A DNA stretch of 64,000 bases. It comes from an uncultured delta proteobacterium. Lineage in GTDB: Bacteria; Myxococcota_A; Polyangia; Haliangiales; Haliangiaceae. Shown piece by piece: positions 24,572-35,645 of the stretch. Within the stretch, counting starts at the first letter, position 1; every line of letters begins with the position of its first letter. Position numbers and translations under genes: made by a program. The notes under the pieces are model-generated. The model saw only the letters and a program-made list of their open reading frames with translations. It made no database searches and was not told the DNA's origin. The stretch lies in contig CAVXTW010000015.1 in assembly GCA_963764695.1 (NCBI GenBank), positions 413,845-477,844 on the forward strand. Reading direction: 5' to 3'.

Positions 24572-25420
24572 TCAGCGACGCGACGACGGCGCGCCCTGCT
24601 TCTGCCCGCACGCCTTCAGATCGGGTGGCTCGCGCTGGAACGCCTTGTCATCGAGGTCCTCGTTGACGGTGCGCTCCTCCCACCTGACTTGCAGGTCGGC
24701 CTTCTGCTTGGGCTGCTCGAAGCGGGTTGCCGCCGGAACGCGGATGGTCTTGCCGTCGGCCGTCTGCACCGCCCGGAAGTCCTTGTTCTGCAGCTTCCAG
24801 TCCACCGCGCCCTGCCCGTCGGTGACGACGCTCTCGAGCACGTCCCACTTTCCGGCGCCGCCGCGCCCGTCGAGCACCAGGGTCTGGCGCCAGGCGCGGT
24901 CGCGCGACACCAGCTCCACCACCTCGGCGCCGCGCTTCTCGTCCCAGCGCACCTGGCCGGTCGGGTCCGCGATGATCGGCGCCGAGCCGACCGCGAGCAG
25001 CAAGAAGTCGTCGGCCTCCATGCTCACGCGCAGGAGCTGGCCGATGGCGCGCCGGTCGCACTGCCCGCTCAGCTGACAGTTGTGCTCGTAGTCGACGAAG
25101 ACGAAGCCCTGCCCGTTGCACACCAGATCCGCGGCCGACGTGTCGGTGGCCGGGTTCATCGCCTTGAAGAACGCCTTGGACCCGCGCTCGCCCATGACCA
25201 GCACCGTCGCCTTGATGCGCTGGTCGCCCACCCAGTAGTCCATCTTGCTCTCGGCCTTGTAGGAGCGGGCCGCCTCGCCGCCCTGGCGCACGTGGGTCAG
25301 GAGCTGCTCGACCGTGGGGGCCGGATACGCGCGCGGAATCGACTGATGGGTGCAGGAGCAGCTGGGACCCGCCAGCCAGGAGACCGCCAGCGCGGCGCAG
25401 ACGAGCGTGATCCGCCTCAT
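24572..25420 (-). CDS. Secreted lipoprotein, LolA-like / DUF4292-like fold
   Basis: [23 protein letters not shown] signal; ~260-aa beta-rich body. Family assignment is tentative. Confidence 0.45.
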   Translation of the reverse strand: MRRITLVCAALAVSWLAGPSCSCTHQSIPRAYPAPTVEQLLTHVRQGGEAARSYKAESKMDYWVGDQRIKATVLVMGERGSKAFFKAMNPATDTSAADLVCNGQGFVFVDYEHNCQLSGQCDRRAIGQLLRVSMEADDFLLLAVGSAPIIADPTGQVRWDEKRGAEVVELVSRDRAWRQTLVLDGRGGAGKWDVLESVVTDGQGAVDWKLQNKDFRAVQTADGKTIRVPAATRFEQPKQKADLQVRWEERTVNEDLDDKAFQREPPDLKACGQKQGAPSSRR

Positions 25421-25510
25421 TGAACCGGGACGATACCGGGCTGTCCCGCGGAAGCAACCTCGAACGCAGCTTTGCCGGGCCGCGTGCGGGCCCGCGCAGC
25501 GATCACGCCC

Positions 25511-26417
25511 TCAAGGAGCGTCGTGCACCGCGACGAATTCCTGCACCGCGGCCACCATCAGCTCCAGATCGCGGCCGTCGATCGACGCGCGGTCGGCTCG
25601 AAAGCGCATCAGCGTGGACGGCGGACAGTCCGACCCGACGCAGATGCGAGCGTAGGGCTTTTCCGGGAAGGCCTCGACAAGCTCGCGCGGCACGACCAGC
25701 TCGCCGCTGTCGTCCGCCTCGCAGACGATCATGGCGTCAACCGGCAGACCGTGGCCGCGGTTGTTGGACAGGATGTCGAGCCGCACCCGCGTCCCGGGCA
25801 CCGCCGGCGACCAGGTCAGCACGAGATCCTCGCCGTCCACCAGCCGGAGCATGTCGTCCGACTCCTCGCCGCGCTCGAGATCGATCGAGACGCGCGGCGG
25901 ACTGTCCGCCTCGAGCGAGAAGGCGGGCACGTCGGCGCCGCCGGCCGCCTCGAGGACGACGCGATCGCCGTCGCCGAACAGGTCGCCCGGCAGGGACGAC
26001 TCCGGCAGGTATCCGTACTCGGTGAACGGCACGGTCAGCTCCTCGGCAAGGCCGGTGACGTTCAGCGTGCCGGCAGAGAGCTGGACCGGCAGCGGGATGC
26101 ACTCGCCGTCGGCGTTGCACAGGCCGTCGCAGTCGGTGCACTCGCCGACCTCGTAGGTCCACAGCTGGCACGCGCCGGCCTCCTGCTCGAGCCGGTGGTA
26201 GACCGGGCGAGGATCGACGATCGACCCGCGCATCTGCGACCAGGCCTGCTCGCCCTCGCCGAACTCGCTCTCGCGCAGCTCGAACTGCCCCTCGGCCGGC
26301 TCGCCCGGCCCGTCGCCTCCGCCGTCGCCGCCTCCATCCCCCCCATCCCCATCATCGTCAGCCCATGCCATCGCCACCATCGTCATCGCCGCACGCGGCC
26401 ACGCCGATCACCAGCGC
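25511..26417 (-). CDS. Secreted Asp/Gly-rich, Cys-containing protein; lipoprotein signal peptide sits in an adjacent frame (apparent 1-nt frame discontinuity near 26360..26400)
   Basis: Frame A gives MLRVTRVACVALVIGVAACGDDDGGDGMG then a stop. The overlapping frame B gives MTMVAMAWADDDGDGGDGGGDGGGDG...CTDCDGLCNADGECIP. A single indel in the overlap would join signal and mature parts. Confidence 0.45.
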
Positions 26418-26533
26418 CACGCACGCCACCCGCGTCACTCGAAGCATGGCGTCATCGATCTTCAAGAAGCGCGCCAGCGAACATCGATGCCGGTCCGCCG
26501 CCTTGCGCCCGCTCGATCGCAGAAATCCGAGGC

Positions 26534-27763
26534 TCAGATGGCGTTCACGCCGGTCAGGCTCTTGGCGATGATGCGGCGCTGGATCTGCCCGGTGCCCTCG
26601 AAGATGTCGTAGATCTTCGCGTCCCGGTACCACTTCTCGACCGGGTGGCCCGGCTCGAGCGCCTCCTCGCCGAGCAGCGCCATGGAGCGCGCCGTCACCA
26701 TCTGCGCCGTCCGCGCCGCATGCGCCTTGGCCATCGACGCGGTGGAGACGTTCTCCAGCCCGTGATCGGCCATCCACGCCGCCCGGTGCACCAGCAGCCG
26801 CGACGCCTGGATCTCCATCTCCATCTCGGCCAGCGCGAACGCGATGTGCTGGTGGCCTGACATCGGCGTGCCGCGCAGTGACCCGCCCCGCACGCGCTCG
26901 AGCGTGAACTCGAGGGCCGCGCGCGCGATGCCGACCGCCTGCGCGCCGACCGCCGGCCGGGTGCCGTCGAGCATCTTCTTCGTGTCGCCGAGGCCCTCGC
27001 TCTGCCGGTCCGCGCCCAGCATGAGATCCTCGTGCACGCGGCAGTCCTCGAAGTGGACCTGCGCGGTCTCGCTGGCCCGGATGCCGAGCTTTGTCTCCTT
27101 GCGGCCGGGCACGAGGCCCGGCGTGCCGCGCTCGACGATGAAGCCGCGCACGCCGCCGCGCCCGAGCGACGCATCGGTCTGCGCCCACACCACGTAGATG
27201 CTCGCGGACTGGCCGTTGGTGATCCACTGCTTGTGCCCGCGCAGCACCCAGTACGTGCCGTCGCGCCGCGCACTCGTCGCCAGCGACGAGATGTCGGATC
27301 CGGTCTGCGGCTCCGACAGCGCCATGGCCGCGACCTTGATGCGCCCGCCCTCGTCCTCGCCCTTGAGCGCGGCGCGGAACAGCTGCTTCTGCTCCTCGGT
27401 GCCCATGCGCGCGACCGGCGCGGCCGCCAGGTTCGATCCGCCCAGCGCGAGCGCGATGCCGGCGCAGCCCCAGGCCAGCTCCTCGGAGCCGACCACGGCC
27501 GCGCGCGCCGCCCGCCCCGGCTTGCGCTCCTTCCCGCCGTCCTTGTCCTTGTCCCCGTCGCCGTCCTCGTCGCCCATCATGCGGCGCGCGTCGAGCATCG
27601 CCGTCTGGCTCATGCCGAACGAGCGCGCCCGCTTCATCAGGTCCCACGGCATCGACTCGTCGCGGTCGTGGCGGGCCGCGATCGGCCGGATCTCCTGCTC
27701 GGCCAGCGCGTGCGTCATCTGCCGCACCGCCCCGAACATCGGCTCTCCGTGAAACAGGTCCAT
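26534..27763 (-). CDS. Acyl-CoA dehydrogenase
   Basis: ACAD N-terminal, middle and C-terminal domains: ...TGSDISSL...YWVLRGHKQWITNG...IYDIFEGTGQIQRRIIAKSL. Confidence 0.85.
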   Translation of the reverse strand: MDLFHGEPMFGAVRQMTHALAEQEIRPIAARHDRDESMPWDLMKRARSFGMSQTAMLDARRMMGDEDGDGDKDKDGGKERKPGRAARAAVVGSEELAWGCAGIALALGGSNLAAAPVARMGTEEQKQLFRAALKGEDEGGRIKVAAMALSEPQTGSDISSLATSARRDGTYWVLRGHKQWITNGQSASIYVVWAQTDASLGRGGVRGFIVERGTPGLVPGRKETKLGIRASETAQVHFEDCRVHEDLMLGADRQSEGLGDTKKMLDGTRPAVGAQAVGIARAALEFTLERVRGGSLRGTPMSGHQHIAFALAEMEMEIQASRLLVHRAAWMADHGLENVSTASMAKAHAARTAQMVTARSMALLGEEALEPGHPVEKWYRDAKIYDIFEGTGQIQRRIIAKSLTGVNAI

Positions 27764-28891
27764 TCAGGCCTCCGCGACCGCGGCCAGCACGCGCGACAGG
27801 GCCTCGTTGCCGCCCAGCACCTCGAACGGGCGCGCGTCGCGCATCAGCTTCTCGACCGGGAAGTCGTTCACGAAGCCATAGCCGCCGAAGATCTGCACCG
27901 CGTCGATGGTCGCGCGGGTCACCGTGGCGGCGGCCAGGTCACGCGCGCGGCTGGCGGTGTCGGCCGCGCTGGCCAGCTTGCGATCGATCTCCCACGCCGC
28001 CTGCAGCACCAGCAGGCGCGCCGCGGCGATGGCGGTCTGGTTCTCGTCGCGCATGCGGGCCAGCGACTGGAAGCGGCCGATCGGCTGGCCGAACTGGATG
28101 CGGTCGCGGCCGTACGCCTCGGCGTGCTCGATCGCGGCGCCGGCCATGCCGACCGCGCGCGCCGCGAGGCTCACCCGGTACCAGGACAGGACCTCGTCTG
28201 TCGCCGTCCGCGCCGCCGCGCCGCGCGCCAGCACCAGCTCCGCCGCGACGGTGGCGCCGTCGAGCTCGAGGGTGCCCCAGCCGGCCGCGCGCCAGCCGGA
28301 CGGAGCCGGGGAGCTGGCCGCGACGCGCCCGAGCGCGACCGGCACCAGCGCCAGCACCGGCTCGCCGCCGGCCCGCGCCGCGCACAGGACGTGCGATGCC
28401 AGCGCCAGCCCGGGCAGCGGCCCGATCCTGCCTCGTACAGCCAGCGCGCCGCCGCGATCCTCGACCGCCAGCCGCTCGTAGAAGTCGTGCGCCGTCACCG
28501 CGAGCGCGGACGGCGAACCGCTCAGCGCGCCGAACAGCGCCTTGCGCGCCGCCGGCGAGCCCCACCGACCCACGGCCAGCGCCGGCTCGACGTTGCTCTC
28601 GCACAGCGCGGCCAGCGCCGCGCACCCGCGCCCCAGCTCCACGCCGCGCAGCGCACGCGACAGATGAGAGTAGGCCGCGTGACCATCTCCATCGTCCGGG
28701 TCGAGCAGGCCGCCGTCCGCCGCGGGCACCGCGTCGAGCATGAGTCCCAGCTCGGCGGCCGCGCTCCACAGCGCATCGGGCGGCGCTCCGCGACGATCCG
28801 AATCGGCAGACCACCCTCGAAGGGCGCGCTCGCTCCAGCGCCGGATCGTCGTGACCAGCAGCGACTGTTCGTCGTCGAGCGCAAACTCCAT
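27764..28891 (-). CDS. Acyl-CoA dehydrogenase family protein (divergent; possible partner subunit)
   Basis: MEFALDDEQ...IFGGYGFVNDFPVEKLMRDARPFEVLGG. It is directly adjacent to the other ACAD. The start is the internal Met at 28891. Confidence 0.75.
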   Translation of the reverse strand: MEFALDDEQSLLVTTIRRWSERALRGWSADSDRRGAPPDALWSAAAELGLMLDAVPAADGGLLDPDDGDGHAAYSHLSRALRGVELGRGCAALAALCESNVEPALAVGRWGSPAARKALFGALSGSPSALAVTAHDFYERLAVEDRGGALAVRGRIGPLPGLALASHVLCAARAGGEPVLALVPVALGRVAASSPAPSGWRAAGWGTLELDGATVAAELVLARGAAARTATDEVLSWYRVSLAARAVGMAGAAIEHAEAYGRDRIQFGQPIGRFQSLARMRDENQTAIAAARLLVLQAAWEIDRKLASAADTASRARDLAAATVTRATIDAVQIFGGYGFVNDFPVEKLMRDARPFEVLGGNEALSRVLAAVAEA

Positions 28892-28912
28892 CAGTCCGAC
28901 CTGTAATGTTCG

Positions 28913-28985
28913 TGGCGAGGGGCGGATTCGAACCGCCGACACAGGGCTTATGAGACCCCCGCTCTACCGACTGAGCTACCCCGCC
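28913..28985 (-). tRNA. tRNA-Met (anticodon CAT)
   Basis: Minus strand reads GGCGGGGTAGCTCAGTCGGTAGAGCGGGGGTCTCATAAGCCCTGTGTCGGCGGTTCGAATCCGCCCCTCGCCACCA. Cloverleaf: 7-bp acceptor stem, D and T arms, anticodon loop CTCATAA, CCA encoded. Confidence 0.85.
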
Positions 28986-29116
28986 AAAGAAGGGGGGAGG
29001 AAGATAATAGCCTGTGGTTGCTGGGGCAAGGGTCCTGCGCCGGTTGACTTCCGGCGGTCTGCGGGGCAACGTCAGAGGGCCCTTGGCGGGGCTCCTACGC
29101 GGGTTCGCGAGCGCGC

Positions 29117-29187
29117 TCGGGGATCGTCTAACGGCAGGACAGCGGCCTTTGGAGCCGCTCGTGAAGGTTCGAATCCTTCTCCCCGAA
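29117..29187 (+). tRNA. tRNA-Gln (anticodon TTG)
   Basis: TCGGGGATCGTCTAACGGCAGGACAGCGGCCTTTGGAGCCGCTCGTGAAGGTTCGAATCCTTCTCCCCGAA. Acceptor TCGGGGA/TCCCCGA, anticodon stem GCGGC/GCCGC, loop CTTTGGA, T-loop TTCGAAT. Confidence 0.8.
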
Positions 29188-29202
29188 CTCGACCCCTGAC
29201 AA

Positions 29203-29637
29203 ATGACCGGCGCTGAAGCGAAAACGACGCTCGTACCCATGAAGCTCCTCAAAGGCGAACGGCTCTTTTTCGGCTGCAAGATCGACAGCAAGCTTCGCGA
29301 GGCCCTCGCGCAAGCCAAGCCGGGCGAGCGGCGCTACTTCGATGACCCGAACGGCGAGTTTCTGCGCGTGCTCAGCTTCGAGGACGAGCGCTGGATCGGC
29401 AAGGTGATGGGCGGCGGGGTCAACGTGAGCGACGTGGAGGACATCCAGCGCAACGTCGTCTCCATCCTGCGCCGCGTGGCGCCGTCGGTGCGCACATCGC
29501 CGACGTCGATCAAGATCTTCGCCGTCTCGGCAGAGGGCGAGGCGGTGCAGACCGACGTCGAGGGCGAGGCCAACGGGACCGACACCGGCCGCGGCGAGCG
29601 CGGCGGCGACAACGGTCCCTACATCGACTACCCCTGA
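29203..29637 (+). CDS. Hypothetical protein
   Basis: Good codon usage; likely start at [16 protein letters not shown] (29239). No family assignment. Confidence 0.45.
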   Translation: MTGAEAKTTLVPMKLLKGERLFFGCKIDSKLREALAQAKPGERRYFDDPNGEFLRVLSFEDERWIGKVMGGGVNVSDVEDIQRNVVSILRRVAPSVRTSPTSIKIFAVSAEGEAVQTDVEGEANGTDTGRGERGGDNGPYIDYP

Positions 29638-29673
29638 CCACCAGGTCGGGGCTTCTTCGGCACAGCGCGTCCG

Positions 29674-30595
29674 TCAGACGCCGGCAAGCTCGAGCAGCGC
29701 GCCCCAGCGCACGCCGCGGTCGCTGGTGACCAGCGTGGGCGCGTCCAGGTGCACGGCCAGGCGGGCGTAGATGGCCGCGCCGGCCGCGATGACGTCGGCC
29801 CGCTGCGGCTCCAGCCCCGGCAGGCGCCGCTTCTCGGCCACGGTCAGTTCCAGAAAGCGGGCCAGCTGCCGCTCCACGGCCGCGCGGGTCAGGCGAAAGC
29901 CCTGGACGCGGTCGGCGTCGTAGGCGCGCAGCTTCTGCTCCACCGCCGCAAGCGTCGTGGCGGTCCCCGCCGTGCCGACCAGGGCGGGCGCGCTGCCGGC
30001 CAGCGCCGGATCCAGCACCCCGAGGTGGCCGTCGATGGCGGCGAGCAGCGCGCGCGTCTCGTCCTGGGTGGGCGGATCGCCGTGCAGGTGCCGCTCGGTC
30101 AGCCGCACGCTGCCGATCGGCAGGCTGACCAGCGAGCCGACCACACCGCCGCGACCGGCGATGACCTCGGTCGATCCACCGCCCACGTCGGCCACCACCA
30201 GGTCGCCCGCGGCCAGCCCGGGAAACGCGTGCACGACCGAGCGGTAGACCAGCGCCGCCTCGCGCTCGCCGTCGATGACCTCGACCGGCGCGCCCAGGAT
30301 CTCGCTGCGCCGGGCCGAGGAACGCGTCCGCGTTGGCCGCCTCGCGCAGCGCCTGGGTGCCGACCGCCACCACCGCCGCGACCTGCACCTCGTCGATGAT
30401 CGCCCGGTACTCGCGCAGGAAGCCGAGCGAGCGCTCGATCGCTTCGTCCGACAGGCGCCCGCTGCCATCCACGCCCTGGCCGAGCCGGCCGAAGCGGATC
30501 TCGTCGCGCAGCGCGCGCACGCCGCCCTCGCCCAGCTCGGCCACGAGCAGGAGCAGCGTGTTGGTGCCGATGTTGACCGCCGCGAGCCGCTTCAT
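29674..30595 (-). pseudogene. ppx: Ppx/GppA-family phosphatase, reading frame interrupted by an apparent 1-nt insertion near 30304
   Basis: Frame 1 gives [21 protein letters not shown]...[19 protein letters not shown] different frame gives [27 protein letters not shown]...DVGGGSTEV. The junction ttcctcgGcccgg versus expected ttcctcgcccgg implies one extra G. Confidence 0.55.
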
Positions 30596-30605
30596 GCGCG
30601 CTCGA

Positions 30606-31961
30606 TCATTGCGTCGGCGCCGGACCCCAGTCGATCGACGTGGCCCACCCCTTCCACACCATTGTCGCGTCTCCCTTGCCGTCGGGGCTGGCGATCCAGA
30701 TGCCGGTCCCGCCCGGGCGATGCGACGCGAAGGCGATGGCCCGCCCGTTGGGGGCCCAGCTCGGCTCCTCGTTCACGCCCTCCTTCTGGGTGATGCGCAC
30801 CATCTTGCCGCTGCCCAGGTCGAGCGTGACGATGTCGAAGGTGTTGCCGTCGCGCGTGGTGTAGGCCAGCTGGCGCGCGCCCTTGCGCGGGTTCCAGCTC
30901 GGCGTGGTGTTGTAGCTGCCGTTCATCGACACGCGCCGCTGGTTCGAGCCGTCCACGCCCATGGTGAAGATCTGCGGCCCGCCCTCGCGGTCGGACACGA
31001 ACGCGATCTCGTTGCCGTTGGGCGACCAGGCCGCGCCGCTGTCGATGGCGCGGTTGTTGGTGAGGCGGCGCAGGATCTTCCCGCTGATCGCGCTGATGAT
31101 GTAGATCTCCGGCTGCCCGTCCTTGGACAGGGTGACCGCGATCTTCGAGCCGTCGGGCGACCAGCTGGCCCCCGTGTTCATGCCGTAGTAGCTCGCGACC
31201 TTGCGAGGCCGACCGCCCGCCGCCGCCACGATGTACAGGTCCGGGTTGAGACGCATGTACGACGTGAAGGCGATGTGCCCGCCCGACGGCGACCAGGCCG
31301 GCAAGATGTTGATCGAGCTGTTGCGCGAGACCGAGTAAGCGCCGTAGCCGTCGAAGTCGACCGCCACCACGCGCTTGGTGCGGCTCTTGCCCTTGGTGCT
31401 GAAGGCCAGCTTCGAGCCGAAGAAGCCGGGCTGGCCGGTCAGGTGCAGGACCACCTCGTTGCACCACATGTGCGTGAGCTTGCGGACGTCGCGGGGCCCA
31501 CCGCGATAGTTGCGCGACAGGACCGGCTGGTCGCCCTTCTCGACCTCGTACAGCTTGAAGTCGATGCTCAGGCGCCCGCCGCTCACCTCGGAGCGGTACT
31601 TCATGACGCCGTAGGCGCCGGCTTCCTTCCAGCGCTGGGTGTCGACGCCCACGCCCTCGCTGCGCAGGTCACCGGCGACGGCGCTGAGGTCGACCGGCTT
31701 GAGGTCGCCGGACAGCTTCATGTCGAAGCTGGCGACCTGGGCGATCACCTTGGCGGTCTGCGGATCGCCGGTCGTTGACACCGGCACCGCGATCGGATAC
31801 TTCGAGCGCTGCGGGTTGTTGATGTCGATGACGGCGCCGCTGTCGTCGTCCTGCGCCAGCGCGGGTGCGGCCAGCGCGCCGAGGGCGCCGCACACAAGGA
31901 GCGAGATCCGAGCCGCGACAGCGACTCGAGTCAGTTGCCTTCGAGCGTGAATCGGAAACAT
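30606..31961 (-). CDS. tolB: Tol-Pal system periplasmic beta-propeller protein TolB
   Basis: N-terminal signal, then repeated ...SPDGSKIAF..., ...WSPDG..., ...[11 protein letters not shown]... propeller blades. The start is the internal Met (MFPIHARRQ) at 31961. Confidence 0.9.
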   Translation of the reverse strand: MFPIHARRQLTRVAVAARISLLVCGALGALAAPALAQDDDSGAVIDINNPQRSKYPIAVPVSTTGDPQTAKVIAQVASFDMKLSGDLKPVDLSAVAGDLRSEGVGVDTQRWKEAGAYGVMKYRSEVSGGRLSIDFKLYEVEKGDQPVLSRNYRGGPRDVRKLTHMWCNEVVLHLTGQPGFFGSKLAFSTKGKSRTKRVVAVDFDGYGAYSVSRNSSINILPAWSPSGGHIAFTSYMRLNPDLYIVAAAGGRPRKVASYYGMNTGASWSPDGSKIAVTLSKDGQPEIYIISAISGKILRRLTNNRAIDSGAAWSPNGNEIAFVSDREGGPQIFTMGVDGSNQRRVSMNGSYNTTPSWNPRKGARQLAYTTRDGNTFDIVTLDLGSGKMVRITQKEGVNEEPSWAPNGRAIAFASHRPGGTGIWIASPDGKGDATMVWKGWATSIDWGPAPTQ

Positions 31962-32737
31962 ATGCCCTTCACGGTGATGAGGTCGATGAGGTGTTCCGGT
32001 ACCGGCTCTTCCATGTCCGGCGCCTGTTTCAGTGCAAGTTCGACGGAGCGATCGAGGTTGGCATTCCCCGATTTCTTCTTCACGTGCCGATCCACGATCT
32101 TGCCGTCCTCGTCGAGCTTCACGCACCCCTGCGCCACACCCGTTCCAGTCTCCACCGAGGGCACGGACCAGACGCTCTCGATGCGCCCCCTGAGCTCGCC
32201 GGCATACGGGTCTCCCCGCGCGTCGCGCTCGGACCCCCACTCCGAGCCGTCGGCCAATCCTTCCACCGGAATCTCCTCGACCCCGGTCTCGCTGAGATCT
32301 TCGTCCTGCACCCGGTTCTTCTCGAGGACGCTCTCCGGATCGACCTCGTCCGGCCTCGGCTTCACCTTGTGCTTGGGCTTCTCCTTCGCGACCTTGGGCG
32401 GCTCCTCCGCCTGCACCTGATTGTCGGTGTCGATCTTGGGCACTTCCGGCTCGGGCGGCAGCTCCTCAGGCGGAGGCTCCTCGACCGGGACCGGCACCTC
32501 TTCGACCGGCGGGGCGTACTTCTCCTTCTTCTGCTTCTGCGGCTGGCGCGACTCCGGCTTGACCTCCTTGAAGGCCAGCGCCGCCTCGATGGTGATCGAC
32601 TCGTCGAAGCGCTCGGACGGATCGGTCGCCGCCGAGCTGTCGCTGCCGAGCTTGGAGATGGTGAAGAAGACGAGCCCCGCGTGCAGGAGCACCGTCAGAA
32701 TCAGCCCGCCGACCTTGAGTCCGCCCGAGGAGTCCAT
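31931..32737 (-). CDS. tolA: TolA/TonB-family energy-transducing protein (TM anchor, Pro/Glu/Lys-rich linker, C-terminal TonB-like domain)
   Basis: MDSSGGLKVGGLILTVLLHAGLVFF anchor, EEPPPEELPPEPE/KEKPKHK linker, C-terminal domain. Position is between tolR and tolB. Confidence 0.7.
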   Translation of the reverse strand: MDSSGGLKVGGLILTVLLHAGLVFFTISKLGSDSSAATDPSERFDESITIEAALAFKEVKPESRQPQKQKKEKYAPPVEEVPVPVEEPPPEELPPEPEVPKIDTDNQVQAEEPPKVAKEKPKHKVKPRPDEVDPESVLEKNRVQDEDLSETGVEEIPVEGLADGSEWGSERDARGDPYAGELRGRIESVWSVPSVETGTGVAQGCVKLDEDGKIVDRHVKKKSGNANLDRSVELALKQAPDMEEPVPEHLIDLITVKGICFRFTLEGN

Positions 32738-32744
32738 CGCGATC

Positions 32745-33260
32745 CTAACGCTTGGCCCCCTCGGTCGGTTGTCCGGTGGCCGGGGCCGGCTGCTCGCCGG
32801 GCGCAAGCGGAGCGCCGCGCGCCACCTGCCCGGAATCAAGGGCCGAAAGGTCGAGCGAGGCGCCCGGGTCGGACAGAAGCTGCAGCTTGCCGACTCCTGC
32901 CTCCTGGGCCACGGCCATGGCGGTCACCACGACCGAGTACGGCAGGTCCTTGTCCGCCTCGATCTGCAGCTCTGCCATCTGTCCCTTCGCGCGCAGCGTC
33001 TCGGCCAGCTTGGCCCACGCGATCTGCTGGCCATCCATCCAGAGCGCGTACTCCCTGCTGATGCTGAGCGTCGGCTTGCCCTTGGGATCCTTGACCGCCT
33101 TGGTGTTGGTCTCGGGCAGATCGACCTCGACGCCGGTGTTGAGCAGCGGCGCGGTCACCATGAAGATGACCAGCAGCACCAGCATCACGTCGACCATCGG
33201 GGTCACGTTGATCTCGCTGTTGAGCTGACCTCGTCCGCCGCTGCTGCTGGAAATTGCCAT
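32745..33260 (-). CDS. tolR: Biopolymer transport protein TolR/ExbD
   Basis: EINVTPMVDVMLVLLVIFMVTAPL is the ExbD/TolR signature. Confidence 0.85.
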   Translation of the reverse strand: MAISSSSGGRGQLNSEINVTPMVDVMLVLLVIFMVTAPLLNTGVEVDLPETNTKAVKDPKGKPTLSISREYALWMDGQQIAWAKLAETLRAKGQMAELQIEADKDLPYSVVVTAMAVAQEAGVGKLQLLSDPGASLDLSALDSGQVARGAPLAPGEQPAPATGQPTEGAKR

Positions 33261-33281
33261 GAGCGCTTCTCTCTCGGCCGT

Positions 33282-33950
<669 letters not shown>

Positions 33951-34121
33951 GGCCGCTCCTGCACGAGTGAGAGGAAATCTTGCATATTCGGTGCTTAGCA
34001 AGTATCACGGCGGGCAGCGGCCGGTCAATTTGCCCTGTCTGGCCGGCGCCGCGCGGTGCGCGCCGGCCGTATCATCGCCGCCGTCTCGTCGCCGTCATCT
34101 TTTGCCGTGGCTGAGAATACG

Positions 34122-34652
34122 ATGAATAGCCGCCCGGCCCACCCCGTCCGCACCCCGATCCGGCAGACACGCGAGGTGACACGGTTCGCGGCGCTGTGGC
34201 TCACCCTGGTCGGGCCGCTGGGGTCGGCGTGCATCGAGATCGACGGGGGGGCGGCCGAGCTGAGCTGGTCTCTGCGCTCGCAGGAGGGGGCGAGCATCGA
34301 GGCGTGCGCCGACGTCCGGATCCGAGACGTGCGCCTGTGCTGGGAGCCGCTGGCCGACGGATCGGTCCTGGGCGCGGGCGAAGAGTGCCGTTCCAGCCAG
34401 AGCCGCGACTTTCCATGCGGCGAGTCGAGCGGCATCACCGCGTTCAACCTCGATCCCGGCCCGACCGCCTTCTGGGTGGAACCGGTGTGCCTCGACGGTG
34501 AATCGGCAGGTGCCGGGACGTACCAGGTTCCGCCACCGATCGTGCGAAACGTCGAGGAAGGTCAGATTGTTTCGCTGAATTCGCTGCTGCTCGTCGTGAA
34601 TCCATCCGACGGAGACTGCCCCCCTGCGGGTTGCACCTGTATGCGGCCCTGA
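34122..34652 (+). CDS. Secreted Cys-rich hypothetical protein
   Basis: The ORF is 34056..34652. Likely start MNSRPAH..., with a hydrophobic segment ALWLTLVGPLGSAC and 12 Cys. Confidence 0.4.
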   Translation: MNSRPAHPVRTPIRQTREVTRFAALWLTLVGPLGSACIEIDGGAAELSWSLRSQEGASIEACADVRIRDVRLCWEPLADGSVLGAGEECRSSQSRDFPCGESSGITAFNLDPGPTAFWVEPVCLDGESAGAGTYQVPPPIVRNVEEGQIVSLNSLLLVVNPSDGDCPPAGCTCMRP

Positions 34653-34790
34653 TGCGCGCGTCCTGCTGAAGCTGCAGCAACGCCGGCATTGCTTGCCGGC
34701 AGTGGGTTCAGCCGTGATACTGAGTCCGGCGGCCGACCGTGTAGTGACGCAACGGCACGGGTCACTGAACTAATCGAGGGGAGAACGAGC

Positions 34791-35546
34791 ATGCGCAAAC
34801 TAGTCTTGGGGACTTACTTGGCCGGCATGGTGCTGGCCGGATCCGGCTGCATCTTCACGTCCGATGACGACGACGACGGCATCAGCGACGACGGAGACGA
34901 TCTCGGTGACGACGGCGGTGACGACGGTGGCATCGCCCGCTGCGGCGAGAGCTTCGTCGGCATCCTGTACGAGCCCACCTGGGTCTGTCCGCCGGACGCC
35001 GAGAGCATCACCTTCACCGCCTTCCCCGACGGCGAGACCGTCTCGCTCACCCCGGACAACTTCGACTGCGGTGAGGTCCAGCCGCCCGCCATCTGCTACG
35101 ACCCGGGCATCTACGACATCGAGATCCTGCCCGAGGGCGGGATCGGCGACTTCGCACCGCAGTTCGACAGCCTCGACGGCGTGGACGGCGACCTGTTCGA
35201 TGGGGACTACGTGTTCAGCGATGTCGGCGGCTTCTTCGCACTGTCCTGGACGATCGACGGCGCCGATCCGGCCAAGGCCTGCGAGCCGGGCGAGACCATC
35301 TCGGTCACGGCCACGCTGGCCGGCTCCAAGGACAAGCCCTTCATCGACGAGGACATCCCGTGCGAGGACGGCGGCGCGACCATCCCGCCCGGTCTCGACG
35401 GCTGGCCGGTCGGCACGTACACCCTCGACATCGCCCTGATCGATGCGAAAGACGTGGCGATCAGCGTGCCCGAGCCGTTCGAGGAGGACATCGCCTTCGA
35501 GGGCGAGCTGTTCGACCTCGGCACCATCGATCTTCTGCCCAAGTAG
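34791..35546 (+). CDS. Acidic secreted lipoprotein, hypothetical
   Basis: MRKLVLGTYLAGMVLAGSGC lipobox followed by an Asp-rich segment. Confidence 0.5.
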   Translation: MRKLVLGTYLAGMVLAGSGCIFTSDDDDDGISDDGDDLGDDGGDDGGIARCGESFVGILYEPTWVCPPDAESITFTAFPDGETVSLTPDNFDCGEVQPPAICYDPGIYDIEILPEGGIGDFAPQFDSLDGVDGDLFDGDYVFSDVGGFFALSWTIDGADPAKACEPGETISVTATLAGSKDKPFIDEDIPCEDGGATIPPGLDGWPVGTYTLDIALIDAKDVAISVPEPFEEDIAFEGELFDLGTIDLLPK

Positions 35547-35645
35547 CCCTCGTCTCTCGGTCCGAGTTGCGCGGCGCCCCTTGCGGGCGCCGTTGCTGCT
35601 TTCGGCGCGGTTGCCAGGTCGTGTTCGCCGGCCTATGTTTGCGGG

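Noticed and set aside
28986-29116. Possible third tRNA or other structured RNA between tRNA-Met and tRNA-Gln
   Set aside because: The local hairpin CCGG-TTGACTT-CCGG resembles an anticodon arm. No T-arm or acceptor stem can be built around it on either strand.
34056-34652. MYXO-CTERM-type sorting signal at the end of the Cys-rich secreted protein (..DGDCPPAGCTCMRP)
   Set aside because: It lacks the hydrophobic helix and Arg cluster that follow the Cys motif in such signals.
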